A stretch of DNA of 64,000 nt from Candidatus Woesearchaeota archaeon (GCA_016203225.1 JACQNC010000003.1:2537-66536); one strand, 5' to 3'. Shown: positions 37,025 to 46,883, numbered from the stretch's first letter. Notes: generated from the sequence alone by a model not told the origin. A program made the numbers and translations.

Positions 37025-38259
37025 TGCGCGCGCACTTCCTCGGAGCAGGGATTATCCTTCTCCTGGTAGTGCTCACCGGCTGTTTTTCCCGAACTGCTCA
37101 GCAACTGACTGCGCCCGCTCAACCGGCCGCACGCGATGAGTTCGGCTGTTTCCCGCCTTCATGCGCAGACGTGCCTGATCTGTACGGCAAGCGCGCGTGC
37201 GAGGAATGGCAAGCTGGAAAGGAGGTCAGCTGGCCTCAGGACTGTGCGTACGCCCAGACAGATGCGTGCATCAAGTTCTGCGAATCGGACAAGAAGCGGT
37301 TGAACAAGACCTCGATGCCGGTTCCTTCGGGCTTCCCCGCGTTCCCGGGTGGATCAGGAAGCGCATTCCCGGACATGTCGAAAATGTCGCCGGAAGACTT
37401 CATGTTCCACACCACGCCGCCGGTATGCGCTGACGACCATTATGCCCAGCTCATCTATGCGCGTCCCTCCGGAACGCCGGACAGGTTCGTTGAGAACGCG
37501 GCGACGTTGAGGACCTGGATCGCGCAGGCCAACGGGATCGTGAACGCGGAAGCGGCGAAGTTCGGAGCGATCGTCAACCTGAAGGTTGCATGCGACGGGG
37601 ACGTTATCTCGGTGCTGGATGTCGCGATGCCACGAGATGAGAGCTATTATAGAGGCGGCTCGCATGGTGACGGGACCCGGGAACGGCTCATGGCTGACCT
37701 CCAAAAGCTCGGATATGACGACGCCACAACCAAATACATCGTGTTCTACGATGGCGATGCGGTCGGCTGCGGCGGCGACCAGGGCTCGTGCACGGCGCAG
37801 TCATCCATGAAGGGCCCAGACGATCGGTTGTCCGAGGACAACACCTACAACAGCGGTCCGGACTACGCGTTCATGTACAGCAAGCAGGTCGCCAGGATCC
37901 CCGAAATCTATCATACGCAGGTCTCGATGCTCGCGCCCATCATGATGCTGCACGAGTACAGCCACACCATCGGCGCGGTCCAGTTGAGCGCGCCACACTC
38001 GGCGAATGACGGGACCGATGAGGGCCACTGCAAGGATGAGCCGCCGCTCGACAAGGGCGGGAGCGACGTGATGTGCAAGAGCGACGCGCTCGACACGGTA
38101 TTCGATAATGAATGCACCGGAGGTTCCTTCATCCAGTACGACTGCAACAACGATGACTACTTCAACCCCAAACCCGCGCCTGGCAGCTATCTCGCGACGC
38201 ACTGGAACCTCGGATCCGAGCTCAACCGCTTCTTCGCGTTCGGCGACCCCAATATTTAA
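37024..38259 (+). CDS. Lipoprotein with HExxH zinc-metallopeptidase-like motif
   Basis: Start ATG 37024 overlaps the previous stop (TGATG). Lipobox LVVLTGCFS and motif MMLHEYSHTIG. Confidence 0.6.
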   Translation: MRAHFLGAGIILLLVVLTGCFSRTAQQLTAPAQPAARDEFGCFPPSCADVPDLYGKRACEEWQAGKEVSWPQDCAYAQTDACIKFCESDKKRLNKTSMPVPSGFPAFPGGSGSAFPDMSKMSPEDFMFHTTPPVCADDHYAQLIYARPSGTPDRFVENAATLRTWIAQANGIVNAEAAKFGAIVNLKVACDGDVISVLDVAMPRDESYYRGGSHGDGTRERLMADLQKLGYDDATTKYIVFYDGDAVGCGGDQGSCTAQSSMKGPDDRLSEDNTYNSGPDYAFMYSKQVARIPEIYHTQVSMLAPIMMLHEYSHTIGAVQLSAPHSANDGTDEGHCKDEPPLDKGGSDVMCKSDALDTVFDNECTGGSFIQYDCNNDDYFNPKPAPGSYLATHWNLGSELNRFFAFGDPNI

Positions 38260-38283
38260 ATACCCTTTAATATTCGCTTCTGG

Positions 38284-39000
38284 ATGGGGGTAACAATGTT
38301 CAAGTATCTGCTTGTGCTGGCAACGCTGTTCCTGGTAGCGTGCAGCACCGAAACGCCGACCGCGACAGTGGTTGGAACGCCAGAACCGAACGCTTCTGCT
38401 ACGCCTGAACCTGCAGCAGAGACTCCTGTAGAACGCATCCCCGAATCCCTCGCAGAGCTGGACATAACTGCCACTACCGGAAGCGTCAGCTTCAAGAGCC
38501 CTGAATTGAAGGAAGGCCAATGGGCACAGTACCGCGTCACGAGCACTGATGGCGCAGACGTCCAGGTCAACACGCGCGCCTATTCCATCTTGACTTTCTA
38601 CTACCGTTCCGACCCGTGCATCGGGATCGAGCGCAACAGCACCATCGAAGGCGAGTTCAGGACGCGGACGATGTGGTGCCAGGACAACAAGTACGTCTAC
38701 GTCTGGAACGAGAAACGCCAAGCGTTCAACGAGCCTCAACTGCTCGACAGCGACGCGCACTGGAGCGACGAGGCCGTGCAAGGCTTCTCGACCACGAAGT
38801 TCGACGGGCTCGAAAAGGTCACGGTCGACGCGGGCACGTTCTGGACAGTCCCGAAGACAGTATACAACGGGCTCGCGACCAAGAACGTCTGGCATTCTCC
38901 TCTGGTGCCCGGTTTCGAGGCAGGATTGGTGAAGAAGGTCGAAATCGTTAACCCGATAACGACGACGACCGAGCTTGTGGCGTACGGCGGGATCGAGTAA
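38284..39000 (+). CDS. Hypothetical lipoprotein
   Basis: Lipobox TLFLVACSTE followed by a Pro/Thr/Glu-rich linker. 238 aa (alternative Met at 38296). Confidence 0.6.
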   Translation: MGVTMFKYLLVLATLFLVACSTETPTATVVGTPEPNASATPEPAAETPVERIPESLAELDITATTGSVSFKSPELKEGQWAQYRVTSTDGADVQVNTRAYSILTFYYRSDPCIGIERNSTIEGEFRTRTMWCQDNKYVYVWNEKRQAFNEPQLLDSDAHWSDEAVQGFSTTKFDGLEKVTVDAGTFWTVPKTVYNGLATKNVWHSPLVPGFEAGLVKKVEIVNPITTTTELVAYGGIE

Positions 39001-39497
39001 TGACAATCAAAATTCATGATTTGGGCGACACGTCAGTATGCCTCGATGAGGATATTGCACAACGCATTGTCCAGACACTGAAGGATACTCAGGCATACGC
39101 ACCAACACATCTCTATCGAGGAATTACCGCAGATCCTGCGATTTTAAAGCGTATCCAGATAGTTGGAACCGATCGTAAAAAAAAGAATCTCGCGGATAGT
39201 ATGATGGTTGCTCATGATCGGCTAAAAGAAGCCACAAGTCATGTCCGCCAACACGAGGCAATCAGGGAAGGCAAAATACGTGCCGACCCGAGGGTACTAT
39301 GGGCCGCTCCAGAATCGGAATTAGTTGAAGTCATCACATCCTACGCACTCCCCGACCCACACCGCCCCGATACGTTCTCACTCGTCTTGGTCTACCGTTC
39401 CAAATTCTTGAGAGAAATTGAAGAAGAAGAGGACCTCTATCGCTTCAAGAAAGGCATCAAGCCGCGTGATGCCCTCGTTGCAGGATTTCGTTTTTGA
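39000..39497 (+). CDS. Hypothetical protein in AT-richer segment
   Basis: 165-aa ORF with TAATG overlap with the previous gene. About 43-48% GC on two hand-counted lines. No family recognised. Confidence 0.45.
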   Translation: MTIKIHDLGDTSVCLDEDIAQRIVQTLKDTQAYAPTHLYRGITADPAILKRIQIVGTDRKKKNLADSMMVAHDRLKEATSHVRQHEAIREGKIRADPRVLWAAPESELVEVITSYALPDPHRPDTFSLVLVYRSKFLREIEEEEDLYRFKKGIKPRDALVAGFRF

Positions 39498-39536
39498 AAA
39501 ATTACGCAGTTCAGACGATTTTTACGCACATACGAA

Positions 39537-40223
39537 TCAAGCGTTATTTGCCGTTTGATCCTCGAACTCTATCTTCCCTTCGACAAGAACTCCTTTGTGC
39601 AGTTTGACCGGGCGCCAGTCGTCCTGCACGAGCGCTGCGCCGAGCCATTCCGCGAGTTCCTCTGGATTGCCTATCGTGGCTGACAGACCCACTATCTGCA
39701 AGTCAGGCAGGAGTTTCTTTAGGATCGTGATGAGGATCTCCAGCGTGGGCCCGCGTTCGACGTCGTTCAACAGGTGGATCTCGTCAACGATGACCGTCTT
39801 GACGACCTTCAGCCACGGAGTGTGGTGGCGGATCAATGAGTCGAACTTCTCTGCAGTGCACACGATGAAGTCGTAATCCGACAGGAACGCGTCTGCTGAG
39901 TCCACGTCGCTGCTTGTTTGGACGACCTTGAACAGTCCCTGATACTTGCGCTGGAACTCCTTGAACTTCTCATTCGCCAACGCGATCAGGGGGACGATGT
40001 ACACGACTTTGCCTCTTCCGGTCATGATGCTCTTCACTCCGGCGAGCTCGGCGATGAGCGTCTTGCCCGATGCTGTCGGCGTGCAGACCAGCACCGATTT
40101 GAAATCCAGGAGCCCTGCGTTGATGGCCTTCTCCTGCGCCGGTCTGAGCTCTTCGATGCCCTCCTTTCGGATGACGCTGAATAGGTCCGCAGGGATGTCT
40201 TTCTTGATGTCTTCGAGACGCAT
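39537..40223 (-). CDS. Ski2/Hel308-like helicase fragment (RecA1 domain only, 228 aa); probably truncated
   Basis: Walker A CTPTASGKT, DEIH box VDEIHLL and SAT motif are present. The ORF stops just after WRPVKLHKGV, where full-length homologs continue for several hundred residues. Confidence 0.7.
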   Translation of the reverse strand: MRLEDIKKDIPADLFSVIRKEGIEELRPAQEKAINAGLLDFKSVLVCTPTASGKTLIAELAGVKSIMTGRGKVVYIVPLIALANEKFKEFQRKYQGLFKVVQTSSDVDSADAFLSDYDFIVCTAEKFDSLIRHHTPWLKVVKTVIVDEIHLLNDVERGPTLEILITILKKLLPDLQIVGLSATIGNPEELAEWLGAALVQDDWRPVKLHKGVLVEGKIEFEDQTANNA

Positions 40224-40302
40224 GACTCTCCTGGCTGTCGTCGGCTATAAAATGGTTTCTGGCACAACAATCATTTTAAACGGACAGAAGGCCGGAAAAG
40301 GC

Positions 40303-41115
40303 ATGGGGCGGTTGTACAACCAGGCATTCTCATTGAAGGAAGGAATAGTGCACTTCCTGGACGCGCCTCTAAGCCAGCCGTTGATCGACGAGACGAGACG
40401 CGTGCTCGCGTCACACCGCGTCCCGGTGATCAACACGCGTTCATGCTACGAGAGCCTCTGGTTCTGCATCGCGAGCCAGTACAGCGTCTACGAACGGCCG
40501 TTGGATTTCACCAGATCGCTGCACGGCGTCCCCCTGGAACGACTGGCTGACGTCGCGTTTTTGCAGGAGCAGGCGTTGCAGGCAGGGCTGATATACCAGG
40601 ACAGGTTCGGGCCCGCTGCGGAGTTCATCGCGAAACATCCCGGAGGCATAATGCGGCTCGCGCGAGAACTGCTTGAAAAACCTGGAGAGACGCGCGACAT
40701 GCTCACCAAAGAGGTCAACTTCATCAACATGAAGACGGCATCGTTCTGGCACCTTTGTCTGGGCGGCACGAAGCTCATGACTCTCGACCGGCACAACTAC
40801 CGCCAGCTCGCAGGGCTCGGGCTCGACATCGCCCTCGAGTATTACGTCGCGCAGCCGCGCAAGAAGGACAGGCGGAAGGTGCTGAACTATCCTGACGCGA
40901 AGGAATACGCGCGCATCGAGGAGGACGCGAAGAGACTGCTGGGCGGCGAGCAGACGTTGCAGAACTGCACCGGCCTCGACTGCGCGCTCGCGACAGGCAT
41001 CTTCTGGGTCGTGGGCGCGCTGTTCGCGCGCGGCACGAACCTGTGGCAGAAGGACATATTCTGCGAGGTCCCGCCGTTGAAGTTCTCCTCGCCTTACTCG
41101 GGCAGACCTGACTGA
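40303..41115 (+). CDS. Ogg2-type (archaeal COG1059-like) 8-oxoguanine DNA glycosylase/lyase
   Basis: LWFCIASQYS and NMKTASFWHLCLGGTKLMTLDRHNYRQL align by eye with the archaeal Ogg catalytic Lys/Asp region. Starts at the internal Met of ORF 39946..41115. Confidence 0.65.
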   Translation: MGRLYNQAFSLKEGIVHFLDAPLSQPLIDETRRVLASHRVPVINTRSCYESLWFCIASQYSVYERPLDFTRSLHGVPLERLADVAFLQEQALQAGLIYQDRFGPAAEFIAKHPGGIMRLARELLEKPGETRDMLTKEVNFINMKTASFWHLCLGGTKLMTLDRHNYRQLAGLGLDIALEYYVAQPRKKDRRKVLNYPDAKEYARIEEDAKRLLGGEQTLQNCTGLDCALATGIFWVVGALFARGTNLWQKDIFCEVPPLKFSSPYSGRPD

Positions 41116-41165
41116 AACCTTTAAATAGCCGCCTTCGTTGACGTTGGTCATAAAGGGGTGAATGG

Positions 41166-42089
41166 TTGGGGGACGTACGCCGCGATTACATCCTAGACCG
41201 CTGGGTCGTTGTTGCTCCTAAACGGGGGGCTCGACCGCAGGAGTTCAAAAAGCCGGTCGAGATCATCGAAGAGAAGTGCTTCTTCTGCAAAGGCAACGAA
41301 TCATTGACGCCGCCCGAGATAGGCCGCATCGGCACGCCGTGGCAGGTGCGGTGGTTCCAGAACAAGTTCGCGGCGTTCGCGCCCGAAGGCATGCCGACGC
41401 CGCGGACAGACAACAGGTTCTACACGTGGGCCGCCAATTACGGCCACCACGAGGTCATCGTGGAGACGCCCGACCACACGAGGCAACTGGCTGAACTCTC
41501 TGAGAAAGAGATCGCGCTCGTGCTGCAGGCGTACAACGACCGCATCGAAGCGCTCTCGAAACGGCCGAACATCGCGTACGTGACCGTGTTCAAGAACTCC
41601 GGACCCGACGCAGGAACGAGCATCGTGCACTCGCATAGCCAAGTGATGGCGTCGGCGTTGCCGAACCGCGACATACTGGAGAAAGTCGCCGCTGTGCGCA
41701 GGTTCGTGCACTGCCCGTACTGCGCCATCATCGAGAGCGAAAAGAAAAGCGACCGTAGGTGCTTCGAGAACGAAGACTTCGTCGCGTTCGCGCCGTACGC
41801 GTCGCGGTTCAACTATGAATGCTGGATCTTTCCGAAGAAACACATCAGGACACTGGCCGAGGCGAATCAGGCAAGTCTTGCAGCGCTCCTAAAACAAGCA
41901 TTGGGCAAGGTACACAAGTTGCAGTGCTCTTACAATCTCGTCGTGCACTACTCACCCACTGGCGAGGACCTGCATTTCCACATCGAGGTCCTGCCGCGCA
42001 TCAGCGTCTGGGGCGGGTTCGAGAACAGCTCGAACGTCATCATCAACACCGTCGCGCCAGAGGACGCGGCAGCCTACTACCGCTCATGA
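41166..42089 (+). CDS. galT: Galactose-1-phosphate uridylyltransferase (HIT superfamily)
   Basis: CFFCKGNE zinc site and HSHSQV His-x-His-x-Gln motif. TTG start. Confidence 0.85.
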   Translation: MGDVRRDYILDRWVVVAPKRGARPQEFKKPVEIIEEKCFFCKGNESLTPPEIGRIGTPWQVRWFQNKFAAFAPEGMPTPRTDNRFYTWAANYGHHEVIVETPDHTRQLAELSEKEIALVLQAYNDRIEALSKRPNIAYVTVFKNSGPDAGTSIVHSHSQVMASALPNRDILEKVAAVRRFVHCPYCAIIESEKKSDRRCFENEDFVAFAPYASRFNYECWIFPKKHIRTLAEANQASLAALLKQALGKVHKLQCSYNLVVHYSPTGEDLHFHIEVLPRISVWGGFENSSNVIINTVAPEDAAAYYRS

Positions 42090-43900
42090 AGATCGTTTTG
42101 CAACCGGACGGGAAAAGAAGCGTCATCGAAGGAGACGCGTCCTTCCTGCTCACCAACAGGCACGGCGGATTCGCGCTGCTCGGAAGCACACCCAAGAGCA
42201 GGTACGAAGGGGTGTTCTTCAGGCACGGCAACGACGTGTTAAAGGTCATCGAGGACATCTCTGTCGGCGGCGCGATCCAGCACCTGCACGTCACGGACAA
42301 GGTCGTGCGCGAGCGCGACGGCCTCACGGAGACGTTCTTCATGCCTCACCATGACGCGTTGCTCTACCAGTTGAGCAAGCGCGCAGAAGTCGAATTGTCC
42401 TTGGACTGCAAGGCGATCTTCGACAATCGCGCCTGGGGACGCGCATACAGGCTCAGCGTTGAGCACAAGTGCATCGTCATCTCGTTCGCGAAACGCAACG
42501 ACCCTCGCGACGGTACTTCAGATTTTTCTGAATATGATATCCATTTGGCCATCTTCGGCGAAGGGCTCGAGTATCTTCCTGTCGAGAAGTGGGAAGAGCA
42601 TCACTACGAGGCGGATCAGCGACGCAATTCGTGGCCGAGCTCGCGCTGGGTCTTCAAGCCGTGCAAACTGCGGTTGCAGGAAGCGGTATTCGCGTTCGCC
42701 GTCGACAAAAACAAGGCAGTCGAGACCGCGATCAACGTGTACGCACAGCGCAAGAAATACATTGATGTAGAGAAGAAACGAGTGGACGCGTTGCTGAAAC
42801 CGGGACTAAAGAACCAGGAACTCGACATCGCATACAAGTCAGCCATCCGCGCGGTCGATGCGTTGTGGGCGGGCGACGGTTACTACGCAGGATTGCCGTG
42901 GTTCTGCCAGGTCTGGACACGCGACGAATTGGTCTCGACGAAGGCGTTGATGCTTACCGGACAATACGAACGCGCAAAAAAAGTGTTGTGGAAATATCTG
43001 ACCTCGGATGATGCCGCTGTGTTGCCGCGCTTTTTTGGAAAGACATTCTCTCATGCCGCGAAACCCGAAGTCCCTGCCGCCGACGGCATGGGCTGGCTGT
43101 TCGTGCGCATCGCAGAGTTTTTGCAAGTGCTCGAGAAGGAACGCAAGCTCAAGACGCACATGTCGAGCAAGGACCTGGAATGGATCGAGCACAAACTCAT
43201 GAACGTTTTGGATCGTTTGTTCAAGGAACGCTTCAAGGACGGCCTTATCGTCAACCGCGCCGAAGAAACCTGGATGGACACGACCTTCGGCGACGACCGC
43301 CGCGACGGAGCGCGGATCGAGATCCAGGCTTTGACGCTGGCGATGCTCACGTTCCTTCACAGACTGACCGGAAAAGAGGACCCCCGCGAAAAAGCGCTGC
43401 GCGACGCGACGCGGAAACACTTCTGGACTGGCACGATGATCAAAGACGGCAAGGAAGAACCAATTCTACGCCCCAACCTCTTCCTTGCCGCTTATGTTTA
43501 CCCCAAACTCCTCTCGAAGAATGAGTGGGTCACCTGCATCGACACCGCACTCGAGGGCCTGTGGCTCGATTGGGGAGGGTTGGCGAGCATCGACAAGAAA
43601 CACCCATTGTTCACTCCGAAATCGACGGGCGAGAACGTGAAATCGTACCACCGCGGAGATTCATGGTTCTGGGTGAACAATGTTGCTGCGATCGTCATGC
43701 ATCGCATGGATGCGAAACGATACAGCAAGCACGTGCGGCAGATACTGAAAGCGAGCCTGCACGACCAGCAAACGAACATCGTAGGTTTCTCGAGCGAACT
43801 GAGCAGCGCGGAACAGCTGCGGTCAGAAGGCTGCGGAGCGCAGCTATGGTCGAGTGCGACGCTGGTCGAGTTGCTGTATGAGTTAGAGAATCACAGGTAA
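42086..43900 (+). CDS. Glycogen debranching enzyme (amylo-alpha-1,6-glucosidase, GDE_C family)
   Basis: ATGA overlap with galT. Motifs YYAGLPWFCQVWTRDE and HRGDSWFWVNN. Confidence 0.85.
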   Translation: MKIVLQPDGKRSVIEGDASFLLTNRHGGFALLGSTPKSRYEGVFFRHGNDVLKVIEDISVGGAIQHLHVTDKVVRERDGLTETFFMPHHDALLYQLSKRAEVELSLDCKAIFDNRAWGRAYRLSVEHKCIVISFAKRNDPRDGTSDFSEYDIHLAIFGEGLEYLPVEKWEEHHYEADQRRNSWPSSRWVFKPCKLRLQEAVFAFAVDKNKAVETAINVYAQRKKYIDVEKKRVDALLKPGLKNQELDIAYKSAIRAVDALWAGDGYYAGLPWFCQVWTRDELVSTKALMLTGQYERAKKVLWKYLTSDDAAVLPRFFGKTFSHAAKPEVPAADGMGWLFVRIAEFLQVLEKERKLKTHMSSKDLEWIEHKLMNVLDRLFKERFKDGLIVNRAEETWMDTTFGDDRRDGARIEIQALTLAMLTFLHRLTGKEDPREKALRDATRKHFWTGTMIKDGKEEPILRPNLFLAAYVYPKLLSKNEWVTCIDTALEGLWLDWGGLASIDKKHPLFTPKSTGENVKSYHRGDSWFWVNNVAAIVMHRMDAKRYSKHVRQILKASLHDQQTNIVGFSSELSSAEQLRSEGCGAQLWSSATLVELLYELENHR

Positions 43901-43939
43901 ACGCCTTCATATTCCGTAACGCTTTAAAATCATGATATC

Positions 43940-44515
43940 TTGTCCTATGCTATGGACGACAAGATCATCCTCGACAGAGAGAGCTTCAAGGCGCTCGCCG
44001 CCGAGAGCAGGATCAGGATCCTGAAATTACTTCATCAGCGGAAGCACATGCAGGCGGAGCTTGCAGGCGCGCTTGACATGAGCCTCCCTGCTGTGAAAGA
44101 GCACCTGGACGCGTTGGAGAAGGCAGGGCTCATATTGCGCAAGGACGAAGGGCGTAAGTGGAAGTATTACGAGTTGACGCAGAAAGGGAAAGCGGTGCTT
44201 GATCCGGAACAGAAACGCATCTGGATCGTTTTGAGCCTGTTCATCATCTCTGTCGCGGGCGGAATAGCTGCGTATGGTAGAGTTCTGCTTTCGGACTACC
44301 TCAATCCTGCAGGGGTAGCGCTTGCCAAGAGCGCAGAACTGGCGGAAAGCACTGCTGGGGACGCGACCATGATGACCATTCCTGCAGCCGCGCAGGATGG
44401 CGTCCCTTGGGCGTTGATAGTGTACGGCGTTTGGCTGGCGCTTCTGCTCATAATGTTTTTATATTCGTATATCCGAAGACGAAGTTACGCAGGCAGATAC
44501 CTTACCAAGTCGTAG
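43940..44515 (+). CDS. ArsR-family wHTH regulator fused to C-terminal TM helices
   Basis: ESRIRILKLLHQRKHMQAELAGALDMSLPAVKEHLDALEKAGLI followed by two hydrophobic helices. Alternative ATG at 43952. Confidence 0.7.
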   Translation: MSYAMDDKIILDRESFKALAAESRIRILKLLHQRKHMQAELAGALDMSLPAVKEHLDALEKAGLILRKDEGRKWKYYELTQKGKAVLDPEQKRIWIVLSLFIISVAGGIAAYGRVLLSDYLNPAGVALAKSAELAESTAGDATMMTIPAAAQDGVPWALIVYGVWLALLLIMFLYSYIRRRSYAGRYLTKS

Positions 44516-44559
44516 GGTATATCTTTATCCGCGTCTTACCAAAAAGCAGGTGATCAACA

Positions 44560-45300
44560 ATGGAGAAAAACAATCTTCCCTGGATCGTCGCCATCGGAGC
44601 GATCCTGCTCGTGGCGTTCGTAATATACCAACAACAGCAGCCCGCAGGAGACGGCGTGCTGCGCGACACCATCACGGTGAACGGCGTCGCCGAGCTGAAG
44701 GTCGAGCCCGACAAGGCAGAGATCTGGATCCTGGTCGAAGGCAAGGGCTCCGACGCGGCGTCTGCACAGGAGGATCTCCAGGAAAAATCGAACAAGGTAC
44801 TGACGTCTGTCAAGGCGCAAGGCGTGCTCGAGAAGGACATCGAAACGACCGGCTTCAGTGTGTATCCTGATTACCAGTACAATCCTGAAACAGGCGAAAG
44901 CACGATAGTCGGCTACCGCGCACAGCACAGCCTCAAAGTGACCGTGCACGAGCTCGAGAAGGCAGGAGTCGTCGCGGACGCCATCGGCACACAGAACGGA
45001 CAGGTGCAGAACATCCAGTTCGGACTTACTGACGAGGCGCAGAAGCGCTATGACGACGAAGCGCTGCAGTTGGCCGCCGCCGACGCGCGCAAGAAGGCAG
45101 AGTCGTTGACGTCGGCCGTCGGAGCACGCTTGGGCAAGGTAGTTGCCATCCAGGAATCGAACGTATATTACCCGCCGTGGCCGATGTACGCGCGCGCAGA
45201 CATGATGATAGCTGAAGGCGGATTCACGAAAGCCACCGAAGTCCTGCCCGGACCAGTCTCCGTCAGCTCGACGGTGAGCGTGACGTACGCGCTGGGTTAG
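44560..45300 (+). CDS. SIMPL/DUF541 domain protein, membrane-anchored
   Basis: N-terminal TM helix. ITVNGVAELKVEPDKA start and GYRAQHSLKVTV are typical of SIMPL. Confidence 0.75.
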   Translation: MEKNNLPWIVAIGAILLVAFVIYQQQQPAGDGVLRDTITVNGVAELKVEPDKAEIWILVEGKGSDAASAQEDLQEKSNKVLTSVKAQGVLEKDIETTGFSVYPDYQYNPETGESTIVGYRAQHSLKVTVHELEKAGVVADAIGTQNGQVQNIQFGLTDEAQKRYDDEALQLAAADARKKAESLTSAVGARLGKVVAIQESNVYYPPWPMYARADMMIAEGGFTKATEVLPGPVSVSSTVSVTYALG

Positions 45301-45396
45301 AATTCTTTTTTATCATTCTTTATCATCGCGATTCGAAATGACTGTCGGACGCTCAGGAAGTGATTATTCTCTACGTTCCGACGGTCAGGCGATAGA

Positions 45397-45846
45397 TTGA
45401 AATACGGTGTGCGCTTCATATTCTTCATGTCTGAAAGCGATTTGGCGGACGTGGTTTCCTCTGGCGTGAGTCGGGTGCGCGAGCTAGTACTGGACTTGTT
45501 CTGTTATGTTCCTCCAGAGCATTCTGATTTTGAGTATGACGAGGGACGAATCAGCTCTTTTTTCTCGGAACGACGAGACAGACACCCCTCGTTGAGAGAC
45601 GTTCGCTTGTTGCGCCGCATGACTGACGAGTGGAGCCCGTTGGTCGCAGATGCGCTCTCACAATTGAGAATAATGGGGATCATCGGCAGAAAGTATTGCG
45701 GCTTAGCCATCTCTCCGTTTACGATTTACCTTTCTCCAAACGCCAGATACGAGAGAAGGAAAGTGTGCGAATCACGACCAGAATCGGTCGCAGAGGGAAT
45801 AAAAGCGTTGGCCGAGGAATTCCAAGAAACGTTTTCAGTGCGATAA
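45397..45846 (+). CDS. Hypothetical protein
   Basis: 149-aa ORF (alternative Met at 45427). AT-richer segment. No family recognised. Confidence 0.4.
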   Translation: MKYGVRFIFFMSESDLADVVSSGVSRVRELVLDLFCYVPPEHSDFEYDEGRISSFFSERRDRHPSLRDVRLLRRMTDEWSPLVADALSQLRIMGIIGRKYCGLAISPFTIYLSPNARYERRKVCESRPESVAEGIKALAEEFQETFSVR

Positions 45847-45864
45847 CCCCTGTCGCACCAGTTC

Positions 45865-46542
45865 TCAAATAAAGAACTTCGCAATAACCAGACCCATCAG
45901 TACGCCAGCCATGAGGCCGAGGATGTATGGCAGCATGTGGCGCTGGATGTCCTTCTGGACGGTCTCTGGCACTGTGACCTCTGGAGCGGATTCGGGTTCT
46001 GTCGGGTCGGGCGTGGTCGGCTCGGGCATCGCGACAGGCTCCACGACCTTGCGGTGTAACAGCGCCTCGAATTCGTCGTCGTTGGGCACAGCCTGTTCGA
46101 AGAGCGGCTTGGTGCCGCGGATGCGCTGCCGGATCTCGTCGTCGGACGGCAGCGGAGGGAGAGGCGCGACCGCAGGCACGGGTTCCTTCGACTGGGGCAG
46201 TTTCGCGATCTCCTTCAGGTTCGTTATGGTCCTCTTGTGCGCGGCCTTGCGCTTCTCGGTCGTGCCGTGCTCGAGCTGCTTGATGCGGCGCTCGACGACA
46301 TTCGCCATGGCTTTCTTGTCCTGCACCTGCGCCAGCTGCATCGCGAGCTCCTCGTCCTTGACGATGTGGTAAATCCAGTTGTAGAAGTCGTTCTTTGCGT
46401 CGTTGACGTGGTGCTTGAACTGGCCGTCGCTCAGCCTGCGCAGTTCGCGTTCTAGATCGTACAGGTTCCTGAGCTTCGGGCCGTCCTTCACCGCGAATGC
46501 GTGATCGGGATGCACGTCCCTCAATGCAGGATGGTGTCTCAT
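45865..46542 (-). CDS. Paralog 1 of a small conserved-domain family, with Pro-rich linker and C-terminal TM anchor
   Basis: N-terminal domain FAVKDGPKLRNLYDLERELRRLSDGQFKHHVNDAKNDFYNWI is shared with 46539..46883 and 49227..49517. C-terminus MLPYILGLMAGVLMGLVIAKFFI. Confidence 0.65.
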   Translation of the reverse strand: MRHHPALRDVHPDHAFAVKDGPKLRNLYDLERELRRLSDGQFKHHVNDAKNDFYNWIYHIVKDEELAMQLAQVQDKKAMANVVERRIKQLEHGTTEKRKAAHKRTITNLKEIAKLPQSKEPVPAVAPLPPLPSDDEIRQRIRGTKPLFEQAVPNDDEFEALLHRKVVEPVAMPEPTTPDPTEPESAPEVTVPETVQKDIQRHMLPYILGLMAGVLMGLVIAKFFI

Positions 46543-46883
46543 TGTGCGAGTCTCTGGAGTTCGCGCACTACATGCTTCAGCACGGCGCGCTGCGTGTCGA
46601 TGCGGTTCTTGATCAGCCTGAGTTCGTTCGCCAAGGGCTCGTCGTTGAACACGCCCTCGATCCAGTTGGCGAAGTCGTTCTTGGAATCGTTTACGTAGTC
46701 CTTGAAGAGCCCGTCGTTCATGGTCTCGAGCTCATCGATGAGTTCGTACAAGGTGCGCAGCTTGCGGCCGTCCTTCAATACGAACGTCTTCTCTTCAGGG
46801 GCCTTGCCGAGCGTCTTGATGGTGATTATGGCTTGCGCTGGCGAGTCCTTCTTCGCGAGCGCTGTATGCTTTTTCGCCTTCAT
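46539..46883 (-). CDS. Paralog 2 of the small conserved-domain family
   Basis: FVLKDGRKLRTLYELIDELETMNDGLFKDYVNDSKNDFANWI. ATGA overlap with paralog 1. Confidence 0.65.
   Translation of the reverse strand: MKAKKHTALAKKDSPAQAIITIKTLGKAPEEKTFVLKDGRKLRTLYELIDELETMNDGLFKDYVNDSKNDFANWIEGVFNDEPLANELRLIKNRIDTQRAVLKHVVRELQRLAQ

Noticed and set aside
36151-39006. 323-aa and 401-aa minus-strand ORFs
   Set aside because: They are antisense to the run of membrane and lipoprotein genes, which have signal peptides and coupled start/stop overlaps.
39946-40302. 5' extension of ORF 39946..41115
   Set aside because: It overlaps the helicase fragment on the other strand. The Ogg2-like homology begins near Met 40303.
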